Shown: piece after piece, positions 22,837 through 34,866 of the stretch
How positions within the stretch are numbered: position 1 is the first letter of the stretch
Layout of the letters: every line of letters begins with the position of its first letter
NCBI RefSeq assembly: GCF_002113885.1
Contig: NW_018408567.1
Coordinates: 1,067,537-1,123,101 of the forward strand
Length of the DNA: 55,565 bases
Reading direction: 5' to 3'
DNA from: Mizuhopecten yessoensis
Taxonomy: Eukaryota
Made by a program: the position numbers and the translations under genes
The notes under the pieces: model-generated
Seen by the model: only the letters and a program-made list of their open reading frames with translations
Database searches by the model: none
What the model was told of the DNA's origin: nothing

Positions 22837-24621
22837 TCTTACACGTCACTATGCAGCCAATGCGTACGTTATAAGAGTTTATGAAGTACAATCCTATAGA
22901 TAGACATCCACTTCTTATGAATTTCCTATAAAATATGAAAGTTAAAATCACTCGATCTATGTCCCATTTTTCTGTGTAATACTCACTATGACTGACTTTT
23001 TTTATTTTTCTAAATCAAAATATAATTAAATAAATAAACAGATTAAGAAGGATACGTTTTCGAGTAAAATGATGCATGGATCGCTTTTAGGAGCGAGTGA
23101 CTTTTATATTTTGTATTTTCCTCTTGCATTACAAAATCATCAGACAGTGTATCGATTACAATGAAAACATTATACTCGTATATTGTCTTTATTTAGTCAT
23201 TGTTTGGTTGTCAATACACTTCATTAACAGTAAACTATAGCTATTTCGTGCTATTACCGGTAGTGTCCCTATCCCATCTGAGATGTCGGGAAGTCAGTTA
23301 AGCTCCATTAAGGGACGCAACACACATCGCAAACATCTCATTTCTACGCAAGTTTATAATTAAAGGAACAAAACATTGGAGATAATTATAAGCAAACTGC
23401 GATACTTCATATCAATATTTGTATATACATTCTTACCTCGTTATGCTGCCACGATTTGTCAGAAAAACAATTGGGGTTAATTGAGTTTGGCGATGAGCTG
23501 AGGGAAAATTATAAAGAAATTCTTAAAAAAAGAGAGAAGATGGGACCTCGGAACAGGTTGGTGGTAGGCGAGGTGGCAAATGGAATGAGGACATTATATC
23601 GAAGATTTACTGTATATTAGAATAAGTGTAACGCATGCTGATATGAGAAGAATAGCTGACATAAAATCAATAACAGTTTTGCTAATTTTCCCTCTTCATA
23701 TATAGTATGGTATGACAATACCTACACGTAATCAGTCGACTATGTTGTGATAAATAGTATACTGTATGATACCTACATCACAATTGTCGATTTCATCCAG
23801 TTTTAACCTCAATATGTCATCTTCTAATTGATTTTTGAAAAAAAATGTATGAAAAAAAATATATAATCATGTTGTTGTGAGTTAAACTGTAAAGGAAAAA
23901 AAGAAAACGTTCCATCAATTAAACAAATAACTCTCACCTTTTAATGGCATATGCCACACATTAGATATAAACAATCAATATGATAATTATATATGTCCTT
24001 TTTGAACGAGGAATACATACGTACTGAACAAAAAAAAACATTCCGTGCTACACTGTGCACGTACAATCCTTACACAACCGCCTGTAATACCGGAGGCCGC
24101 ATATATATACCTGTATAAGCGTACAGGGTACGTTTTGTTACGTTATCGGATATATATAGAATTCATAAAGTAGTTCCTGTATTAATGCGCCCGTCAAAGA
24201 TACCGCGGTATTAGAAACGTTATGTTTGAGTTGTGCAATAGCAGTGTGTCGTTATGCTGACGTATGGAAAAACGTTTTGGAACGTTTATACTTACTGATA
24301 TCGGTCAAAGATAATTACTATTAGTAATACCACAGATGCCTGTGAAAATTAAGAATTAGTAACATAGAAGCACAGGTAATGAGGCGGTGTTGTGAAGATA
24401 TTACAAAATATTACACAGACAATATTACCGGGTATATACACATGTATTAATGACAAGAATAGTTTTAGCTATTTTTAGTATAGCTGACAGGAATAACAAA
24501 CAAACGCACCGTTGTTTATTTAGTATATCCAGCTTGTTTAACAGTAACGGAAGTTTTATATCTAGTTGGACTGTACTCTAAGATTCAGAGTTATGATAAA
24601 TAAAGTATGGATTTAGTGTCT

Positions 24622-24712
24622 TTAACTTGTTCACCCCTAAAGACACATTTGAACTCTTGTAATTCAAAGGGTGGAATAGTTCATTATAAAACTACAGGAC
24701 TGAATGAGTTAA
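24622..24712. mobile_element. ~90-bp TTAA-flanked MITE, same family as 42381-42469
   Basis: ttaacttgttcacccctaaagacac...tgaatgagttaa aligns with the reverse complement of 42381-42469. Confidence 0.7.
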
Positions 24713-24933
24713 AATTAATGGGCTCTCAGTCCTGTCTTTGTCTTGTTAGAAATTCCCTACTACAAAGGAATCGTCCCTGGTAGTTACCCAAAAGTGTTAA
24801 AACAGAAAACAAGTCACCTTACCATGAACTAAAATATATGCAATTTAAACAACTGCATTAAAGTACGTGTATTCCACTGTACTATTTTATACAATGAAGA
24901 ACTTGCCATCATCACCATAACAACATGCACATA

Positions 24934-25053
24934 TGGGCACACTTGTATAAAACATCTCAACTCTTGAGATTTCCTCAAGTCTAAGATTTCCCATAGACAA
25001 TACATTGCTTGAGATTTTCCCTAACTTTGAGATGTTTTATACAAGTGGGCCCA
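24934..25053. mobile_element. Short MITE with GGGC termini
   Basis: tgggcacacttgtataaaacatctcaa and ttgagatgttttatacaagtgggccca form an inverted pair. Confidence 0.7.
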
Positions 25054-25679
25054 TATGTACAACTATAACTTAAGGTTATTTCCATAGTAAGGATTTATAC
25101 AGGGGACATTACTATAATATGTCTGCTAGTTCATTGGGTACAACATTGAGCAATATATAGATCCTTATGTTAAATATTACTTCCGATCAGGAAAAAGTCC
25201 TAGACTAGTTTTTAGACAGAAATTAGATTGAGTAATTATGAATAATGCAGTAATTTAATTAGATGTAGGCCGAGAAAGTATTTATATGAAAGTATACTAT
25301 ATCTTTGGCGTCTTTTTTCCTTCCCAATATAAACTAGCATTAGATGCTAGCCATATACATGTTATGTCTTTCGATTTTCTTGTATAGCTACATCAGGGCG
25401 GGCGATTTAACTGACATGCCTCAATTTAGTGGCAGCAAAATATCACGATCTAGTTTTATTTCGAGATTTGAAATATTTATTCGATACCCCAATATTTCCA
25501 ATCTCTATTTCTTGTTAATGCCAATCTCCTTGAAATAAACACAACTAAATTCAGATGAGGAGGTCGATGTGGTTGATTGCTGTTGATAATCGTCATATTG
25601 TTTTTAGATAATTATACTTCTATTGTGTTTTTTATATAAATATTTTCGCCTCAATTTATACATGAAATGCCGATGACAT

Positions 25680-25902
25680 GGTCACGGTGGCCAAGTGGTT
25701 CAGGCGTCTGACATTCTGCTACCACTAGCCCTCCACCACTGGGTCGCGGTTTCGAGGCCTACGTGGGCCAGTCACCAGGTACTAGCCGTAGGTCGGTAGT
25801 TTTTCTATGGGAACTCTGGCTTGCCTCCACCACTAAAACCTGGCACGTCCTTAAATGACCATAGCTCTGTAAATAGGACGTAAAACACAAACAGACCAAA
25901 CC
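25680..25902 (+). mobile_element. tRNA-derived V-SINE, second copy
   Basis: A box tggccaagtgg and B-box-like gtttcgaggc; aligns along its length with 11055-11265. Confidence 0.85.
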
Positions 25903-26564
25903 GATGAAAAAGGTATGCATTTAAGTATGGACCATTCAATACAGAATAACTAGACACGGCTTTAACATCGATATCCATTACACATGTACATTACAGCTTC
26001 ATGCTGATCCTTTTAGTAAAATGGTGTAATGACACACCGTTACTCACTGAAAGACAGTTTTCTTATACAATCTCTTTTCACCACGTAAGGTATGTCTTTT
26101 AATTCACGTTAAAAGTACGTGAAAAAAATATATAAAACAACTCATCCAATTTAAAACCACTGTTCTTGAACATCCAATTATATGTAGACTGTAAAACATG
26201 TTTTTTTTTTTTTTTTTTACAATTTTCATTGTTTCATACAGATCAAAAGAGGTTGTCTACAGTATGGTAATATGGCTGATTTATATTTATTACGATTTAT
26301 TGCTTTTCTGATCGTCTGCTTCCAAAACTGTCATATTATATTAAGTTTATAACTCTTGTGTAATGCATATTTCTTGATGAATAAGCGACAGAAGAGTCAA
26401 CACGTCCTTGTAATGTAAGGAAAAATTAACTGTTGATACCTACTATAACGGAAGAGGCAGGAACTTAGACAACTCCAGATGACATTCGTACGTCAAATGC
26501 AACACTTCTTTTTATAATAATCAAATTTAATGTAGGTGTAATAAAGGAAAACTAACGAATAAAA

Positions 26565-28541
26565 ATGATGTTTATACTTACAGATTCCAGCGTGAACGTG
26601 GAAGGCTGCATCTTGTTGGATATGACCTCGTTTGATTCATTCCCAGGAGGGATCGAGCCCCCCGAGTCGGATAATCCGTTGCAGTGTCGGTATTGCGGCA
26701 AAATTTTCACGAGGTCCAATTATCGGAGGGAGCATGAGCGGATACATACCGGAGAGAAACCATACGAATGTGGATTCTGTGCACGACGCTTTAACAGCAA
26801 GGGAAGTTGTAACAAACACGAACAGAGTCACATGAACCGAGAGAAGAAATTGGCGGCACTGACATGGAGACCATTTACTTGTCATATCTGTCAACAAACC
26901 TTCAAGCACGAGAGTGTTCTCAAGAAGCATATCCTGTTTCACACAGGTCTGAAGAAATATCAATGTGAAATTTGTTTGAAGTTTTACTTCACCTCCTATG
27001 ATCTAAGAGTTCATGTCCGTTTTCACACGGGTGAAAAGCCGTACAAATGCCGTATGTGCAATGTGTTTTTCACAACAGGTAGAAAACGGAATCTTCATGA
27101 GAAATTTCACGTTCGGCAAGACACTCTACAATGCAAGAAATGCAAAACAATTTTCCGATCAGTCAACGCACTCAAACTGCACAAATATAAAAGTCAGTTA
27201 CGACGAACCGGTTGTGCGGAACCGGATGATTCATACGCTGTAAATAACTCGGCTGTCATTGATGATGGGAGTGATGGTTCAGTCCATACCACATTAGAGC
27301 TTGAGGAAGGGGATAGCAGGATGGTCCAAGCTACTGGAATAGAAAGCCAAGATACCAGTGGCAATGATGACAGCAGTTGTTTAGTAGTCAATGAAAACAT
27401 AGATGACCAAGATGATAACTCAGTTGAGCTTGACATAGAGGTGCTTGGCAACCACTACCGAAACGAAACTGCAGCAAATGAGACATTGCTTTCAAATGGT
27501 CTCCCATCGATGAAGACTTCTCCATCGAAAAACATCCAGAAAAGGAGCCAGACACGGGTGGTATTTCCAACAGGTCTATTTAGATCAACAGATCAAGGAA
27601 TTGAGGTTAGCCAGCCATTATCACAAAGTAATCGTACTACAAAACAGTCAATTCCTAAAGGGATCGACAGTATCGACTCCAGTCGAGGATTAAGTATATC
27701 TAGATATCATGATACCAGATTTATTTCTGATGATTCTACAGGAGGCAGTTACGTAGAGGAAAGGTCTTATGAATATGATGCTGAAGAGGTCATGTCCAAA
27801 TCTGTCGATTCCTGTGAACCTGGTAACATCGAAACAGGTACTTGCAGACTAGGTGCAACCGGATTTGGGTTATCTACTAGTCCTAACGATGGTCCTAATA
27901 ATGTCATCGCTGTCAAGACAGAAGTGACTGATGAACCTCAAACAACGCAAGTGTTTACATCAGCATTGGGTGTTCTGAATATGGGTTCTACCGAAGAAAT
28001 TACAAGTCTAGCAAAGCAAAGAATTCTGAACGATCGAAGTTCTGATTCTTCATCCTTGCGGATAAGTAATGCAGCTATTAGTCCTTTGCCTTTACCAAGA
28101 ATCACAAACGTTGCTGCTTTCAGAAAGGAGCCAAGTTCATCTCCATCTTCGTCCACGATTGGCAATGTGGTGCCTGTGTATAATTCAATTACACCACAGC
28201 TTGTGAAAACGTCGGTTATCTTCGACAGAACTCTTGACGAACCACGTTTGACCAGGCCAGATACGCCTTCTACTTCAGAGCTTACAGTAGTATCCACGTC
28301 TGTGAAGCACACACAGACTAAAATGATAGACGACGCCGATCTCCTATTTGCAGAAATGGAGTCGGCAAGGAAGGTGTTCGAGTGTAAACACTGTAGCATC
28401 ATCTTCCGGGATTTCACTATGTACCTTGTCCACAAGACACTTCACGTCGATACCAGCCGTCCATTTGTTTGCCACTTGTGTGGCAACGAGGCTAGAGACA
28501 AAGTAGATTTTCACTCTCACCATATTTGGCACATGAAGTGA
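26565..28541 (+). CDS. Ikaros/Hunchback-type C2H2 zinc-finger transcription factor (single large coding exon)
   Basis: Five canonical N-terminal C2H2 fingers with TGEKPY/TGLKKY linkers plus one degenerate finger. The C-terminal pair FECKHCSIIFRDFTMYLVHKTLH...PFVCHLCGNEARDKVDFHSHHIWH matches the Ikaros/Hunchback dimerization-finger pattern. A probable acceptor (tttatacttacag) ends at 26583, so the true start may be in an upstream exon or at the ATG at 26622. Confidence 0.9.
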   Translation: MMFILTDSSVNVEGCILLDMTSFDSFPGGIEPPESDNPLQCRYCGKIFTRSNYRREHERIHTGEKPYECGFCARRFNSKGSCNKHEQSHMNREKKLAALTWRPFTCHICQQTFKHESVLKKHILFHTGLKKYQCEICLKFYFTSYDLRVHVRFHTGEKPYKCRMCNVFFTTGRKRNLHEKFHVRQDTLQCKKCKTIFRSVNALKLHKYKSQLRRTGCAEPDDSYAVNNSAVIDDGSDGSVHTTLELEEGDSRMVQATGIESQDTSGNDDSSCLVVNENIDDQDDNSVELDIEVLGNHYRNETAANETLLSNGLPSMKTSPSKNIQKRSQTRVVFPTGLFRSTDQGIEVSQPLSQSNRTTKQSIPKGIDSIDSSRGLSISRYHDTRFISDDSTGGSYVEERSYEYDAEEVMSKSVDSCEPGNIETGTCRLGATGFGLSTSPNDGPNNVIAVKTEVTDEPQTTQVFTSALGVLNMGSTEEITSLAKQRILNDRSSDSSSLRISNAAISPLPLPRITNVAAFRKEPSSSPSSSTIGNVVPVYNSITPQLVKTSVIFDRTLDEPRLTRPDTPSTSELTVVSTSVKHTQTKMIDDADLLFAEMESARKVFECKHCSIIFRDFTMYLVHKTLHVDTSRPFVCHLCGNEARDKVDFHSHHIWHMK

Positions 28542-31500
28542 AACAAATTGATAGTAAAATAAGTTTGGTGTAGAAAGTAGCGTGGACCTTCGATACGTTA
28601 CCCATACATCTCACAAATATAATGCTCTTTCTCTCAAAATATAAGTCTGCTGATATGTAACCCCACTTATATTGCATTAAAATTGATTTCGCTTAACAAA
28701 TGTAAATATAGATATACATTGTATATCCAGTAAGTTTTTTTTTAAGTTATCAAATATGTAGAGCATGCTAATGTGTAGTCCTGATCAACATTTTGATTCT
28801 TCCGCCAGTATGATCAGGACTGCATTCTTGTAGGCCTGCCTATGATCCTTGCATCGCATATATACCATTTTCTTCAAAGAGTCGGCCCTATCAATCCTTT
28901 CACCCCTATGTAACTTAAGGTTGCTCCACACATCGTCATCAGCGTCCATTTTCGTGACGTACTTCCGGAAAAAGTACAGCTCGGACTCAATTATCTTGAT
29001 CGAAATGTGCATGTACACCGTGTCATCATTTCCGTATTGCGTATCGGGCTTTCAATATCGTAGTGCATATTATAGTAACACCTGGGCCGTTTTCGTTTAA
29101 ACGGTCAAACCGATCGGACCACTGTTGTTCGTTTATTAAATAAGGTAGGACCTAGTAATCTGATGCTGCTTTCAGGCGAGCCTTGAGAAAGCCTTGCAAG
29201 GCTTGCATACACAATTGCAGGTCCGCCAGATTTATACCCGAAATTGTTACATTTATAAACGGTCAAACCAGTTGTTCCGCATAAACGAACAGGCCCTGGT
29301 AAACAATAGTACACGTGCATGCCGATGATATGTTAACACCCGATATCGAGATTTTACCGGGAAATGTATAATCATACGTACTTCAGGAATAAAGCTTTCC
29401 AATTCATTGACATAAACAGACTCACGGGAGAACAGTGACATGAGACCAGACGACCTCAAGAAGGTTATATAGGAAACACATGTAATGCGGACGTACCAAC
29501 CTCACATGTGCATATCACGTGCTTACACGAGTTTAAAAGCTCGAGGTCGTCACGATTTTCGCTGTTGAGGGAGTTTCGCTCTGTCGATTAAATCGTGTTT
29601 ACAAATGTAGTCTACTTACTCTGTGAAAATAATGTTTTGTAAAATATCAAGATACTTATGAAATGCATGTTTGAGTGCACGTGAGAACGGCATACCATGC
29701 GATAGCCTCTGGTCACATATGACATGTACCTGACATGTAATTATAAATATACCGTCAGTTAGCGGACTATGGAATGATGTCCAAAGTGTACATGACTGAG
29801 GGTAATTTGGTTCCATTAAAGAACAATAAATTGATAATTTTGATATCATATTTATGATTTATTTCGATCCTTTTTGTTATATGTAAACAGAGACAACTGT
29901 CATTGTGTAAATGTCATCCCTCTGCAAAAAGTTCCGATTTTTTTCAAGGAAGATAACTCTCACCCGGATCAAAGTGATTGTAAAATGTAAAATAAATTAA
30001 TTATAAAGCCATTGTGTATATTTTGTTCAATTTCCCACTCTATATGTATAGATCTTTGTGTCCTGTTTGCTTTTAGCTGGTAGATAATAACTTTTATCCG
30101 TTCAAATTCAATAAAAAAAACAACACTTTGTGTAGCATGTGTTACATATTTTACGATAAATAAAACATTTATAGGGTTAATTATAAATGCTTCTTTTCAT
30201 TTTTTTTATTGTTGTTATTGTTCCAAACAATGCCATACACACAAAAAAACGGAAAATATTAAAAGTGGCGAAAATTCAAATTTTTGATATTTTTTCCAAA
30301 AAAGTCCCCAAACTATTGGAATGTTTACATTTTCATAAAATTAACTCTAGAAAGTTGCATAACCATTATATGAAAGTTTCAACGAGTTTTGCTGGTAAAT
30401 TGCGAAAGTGTGGAGCCACCTTAAGTAATCTTCCATGCATCGATATGGACGAGTCCATTATGGTCTACAGTGGTGAAACGGTTAATTCAGATTGAACGCC
30501 TGATTTATGAACAAAGATGGACCAGCATTTTCTTTAATGATTTCTAAATACTGCTGTTGTCAGATGGAAAGTGGCCAAAATGGAATTCTGAGCAGACACC
30601 ATGAATCAACAAATGCATTATGAGATGTTCATATATCGAAAGAGAACACAAAAAATCTACCATCATAAAATAACAAGGTATAAAGCAGAAGTGACTCTGT
30701 TTTTGGTGGCAGTTTGCATATCATTTTCAAATATAGCAAGCCAAATGCTTTCATGTCTATTTTTTTTAATCAAAAGTTACCAGTGCGTCAAGAAAATGAC
30801 TGTAACAAGGGAGGTAACTCTAGACATTGTAAAATGTTCAATTAATTGAGGAAAATTTGTTTTACCTTGTCTGAAATATCTTTCCAATGTTTTTTTGTTT
30901 TTTTTAAAATGACAGAACACTCAAATACAGATATAAACAATTTAATTGTATTGGTAAGTGCATATAAAACGTTTGTATATCTCTCTATATATAAAGTTTA
31001 TCAATGGTAAACAAATGTAAACACTTTTACATGATATAGGTAATAAGAATATATCTTTGTTGTACATATCTAAAACAATAATTGCTATAGAAATGTTTTC
31101 CTGTACTCCACCATAGACATGTACAATTATTAATTAGGAAGTTCCTGATCAGTTAGATAATTTAAGTCTGTGTCAAACCATTTGCTTACAGGGTAATTAA
31201 TGAAACCAAATTCCAATGGCAATATATACAAATTGTCAACTTGCAAGTTTCTTTCCAAGACAAATTGGGAGTTTGAATTGCATTCATGTATGAACTTCAT
31301 TTGCTATTTTTGAAAGGCATTTCATTTCATGGGATTTAGGAAACAAGCTTCATAAGAAAAAATTATCCCTGCGTCAATTTTATCCAGGCTCGATACGTCA
31401 GTTACATAACCAATGTCAATTTGGTGTCAGATTAAATAACTTCACATTATTGTCTTGCTGTTTATTTTACTTTTCAATTTACTGCCAATTCTATCGAAAC

Positions 31501-34500
31501 TACAGAGAGAATACAGTTTACTAGGACAAGTCAACTCATAGATTCTAAATACAGTAATTCTTGTTTTTTCCTTACAAATTTTGAATACCTTGATAACTAT
31601 AATCGCCATTTACTGGACTAGAGAAGTTACAAACAGCATACAGTTAGACACACTTGTTGCAATTTCTTCCTCATAGCAAAGTAAAATACCGTAAATGTGT
31701 AAGTTTTCACGTGTAGCAATGTTCGCGTTACAACTTTTTGAAAAAAATAATCGTAGAAATGTTCAGATTGGCATTGGTTACCGGTAAGAAATCGTTATAT
31801 CCATAATACATATATCCTATAAATTTGCATGTGGATATTTTCATGCCGATTTACTCAACGCAAAAATAATCCACTTTTGCAGTAATTGTCCCCTGGCATG
31901 TTTAAATCTGTAACCTATTATAGAGAATAAATTCCTTATGTTCCAAGAAGTTTGTCAGAAACGTGACTAACTACATCTTCAAAGTCAATGCATTTGGTGT
32001 TAACATGTTTAAGTGTAATATCTTTGTTGTAATATTTTGTAATACTATCTCTTAAATGTGTGAAATGTAAAAATACATAATATTCTTACTTATATGTAAA
32101 AAACAGACATGAGATCATAATTGTAACAGCTGCATATTGTGTTACTTTTCACAAGCATAATACCATATTTGTAACATCAAGAAATTATGAACTAAAACAT
32201 TGATAATATTCTCTAAAATTATTAAAACCCAAAGGTGAAATAAAATGACAGGTATATAAAATATTTTAAATTTGATGAAAACAAATCTGACAGATGTTTT
32301 GTTCAGATTCCTTATATAGTTACCATGTTGATATGGTACTGTGAACACTATAATAGCAAACATGTTCTAGAAATGATCAATGCATGATAAAAAATAAGAT
32401 CCTACAAATCACCAATCAAAAAGGTTAAATTGACCAGTTAAATATATCTCATCAAAATGATGATAAATGGGTGGGTAAAACAATGTAAAGGATGTTATTT
32501 CTGCTCCATCAATAAAATAAAAGTCTAATTGCTAGGATTTGTTTGTCAATAAAATTAAGTTATCATACATTTTGTGTGTATATTTCTACATTAAATCCAT
32601 CAGTTAAATAAACAAATGGCGAAGTTTTTCTTTCTACAGTGATCAAGTTTTAAAGTGAATCTACCAGAAATTTGAGCTCATTCATTAAAGCGATATAGAG
32701 ACGCATCTGTTTGTAAAATCTGGGGTGAAGCTTGATATTAAAATGCTGTTACAGATTACATTCAGTTGTATAATGCAGTGATACATTATTGAAGAATGTA
32801 ATTGTATGGAGTACAACTGAATTTGATGAAATGCACATCAAATTACAATCTCTGAAACGGCTGCCTGTAGTGCTACATTTACCACATGCAGGGGTTTCAG
32901 AGATTTTGAATTGATGTATATTGCATTAAAAGTAATTTCAATTAAGCTTTATCACAATTATTATTCACTATTGACAACTGAAAAACAATCTTTCTTGCAT
33001 GAACATTTTTTTAAACTAAATTGTTTAATTATCACAAAGTAATTTTACATATTAAACTGTAGTCTCATAGTTTCATTATACAAGTTTGTGATTAAATGAA
33101 GAAGTATAAAATTAGAATATTGGTATTTGTTTTTAAATCATAGGATAACTGCTAAAAATATAAATGTTGTAAAATATGATGTTATTAAGTAATCACTGTG
33201 ATTATTATGTATATCTCGTATCTAATTACACAATGCTGGCTAACTTGTTTTCAATAAAGTTTATGGTGTAAGGTCACAACCCTTTCAGATTAAAATCGAT
33301 TTGTAAAACAGACATTCAACTCACGAAATTCTAAAATCTGTACATCACAAGGGGAGATAACTCCACTATGACTTGTGAAAATTGTGACAACAACTTTATT
33401 GCCATTCTGAACACATAGCTTCAGGCACAAGTCGGTACTTTACTACATATGTACACAAAAACGTACACAATATGTACAAATACTGCTGCAGGGTTCTATC
33501 ATAAAACTGGATTACACAGAGTATGGTATTTACAGAATAATGCAACATTTGATATGTATATAAAATATAAAAACATAAGGTTTACTTCGGACATTCATAC
33601 TTCTATATCTAAAAATAATGCTATGTACAAACAAGTTCAAATACCTGCCAAAATAAACGTCACTTTACACCATACAATCTCACCTTAAAATACGTCAACT
33701 TACAAACACAGACATTCTTGTCATGTTCACAACCGTTCACTTAATCATTTATAAAAGAACAAAATATTGCTTTTTCTGTTGCATTGTCGCTGTTCATATA
33801 CTTCAATTCTCTTGTACAATGTAAAAAAAACTTCTTCCATAAAACAATGAAAACTAAATGAACTGAGTTAACTTACACAGTGTCGTGCTGATTTTTCAGT
33901 ATTTCAACAAAGCATTAAATTATAATACGTTTTCTGTTATTATCAATCAAATATGGCTTAATAAATTTGGTAAACATGATAAACAAGGCAACGTCATTGT
34001 GTTTTGATGAACTTTAAATCCCACCACATCCAATGGCTGTTAGCTGTACCAAGGCCATGAGAATTCTATGTGTGGATAACAAGGTGATTCTACTACCACA
34101 TCTAGGTGGAACAGGTTTTAACTGTGTCTCCACATATTCTGTCAATACACACATTAACTATCACCAGTGCTTTGCAATGCTGCTTATTAATAGATTCCAT
34201 AAATAGATGTTTACAGATGTATACACAAATTGTGACTTATAAATAACACGTACAGAACTTAAAGTTAATAATAAATGATATAACTGACACAATTCTTCTT
34301 AAACACTTTTTATAGAAAACATTCTCTTGTGACAAGTACCATAGTCAAAGTTGTCATGCTAGATACATAAACGATTGTCAGAAAACTTGCAAGTAACGCA
34401 ATGAAAATATTCTATTCCATAAAAAAGAAAGATAATTGAAATTTACTTGTGTCTCTTTTTTGTGGTTAGTTTCTTCTGTGTGCCAATAAAAGCAAATTAT

Positions 34501-34740
34501 TCTAAAAAAATAAATTAAGTAGACTGGTGCCAATTTTCTATATGTAAAAGAAATTATATTACATGTAATAATATGGTACAATACAAAATTGATGTATACA
34601 GTTAAAACTAAAGCTTTTTTCTTCTGCACTTATCGCTTCTTCATCCACACTTATCCGTTCCCTTTGTATACAATTCTTATAGCACTTTGTAGGGGTGTGT
34701 TTCTATGGAAGACGTGTTGTTCAAAATGGCTGGTCTGTGT

Positions 34741-34866
34741 TCACATGAATGTTGTGTCATCGTAATTAGTTGGTTTGTTTTGGGACCTTGCCTCAAACAG
34801 GTCACGGACTAGAGTTGCCTTCTCCTGCTCCAGCTTAGAGATCATATCTCCCTTCTGTCCCACTTC
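34741..34866 (-). CDS. SAPCD2: SAPCD2 last coding exon
   Basis: Acceptor ttccttgtcaacag; encodes EVGQKGDMISKLEQEKATLVRDLFEARSQNKPTNYDDTTFM followed by TGA. Confidence 0.92.
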   Translation of the reverse strand, partial: EVGQKGDMISKLEQEKATLVRDLFEARSQNKPTNYDDTTFM

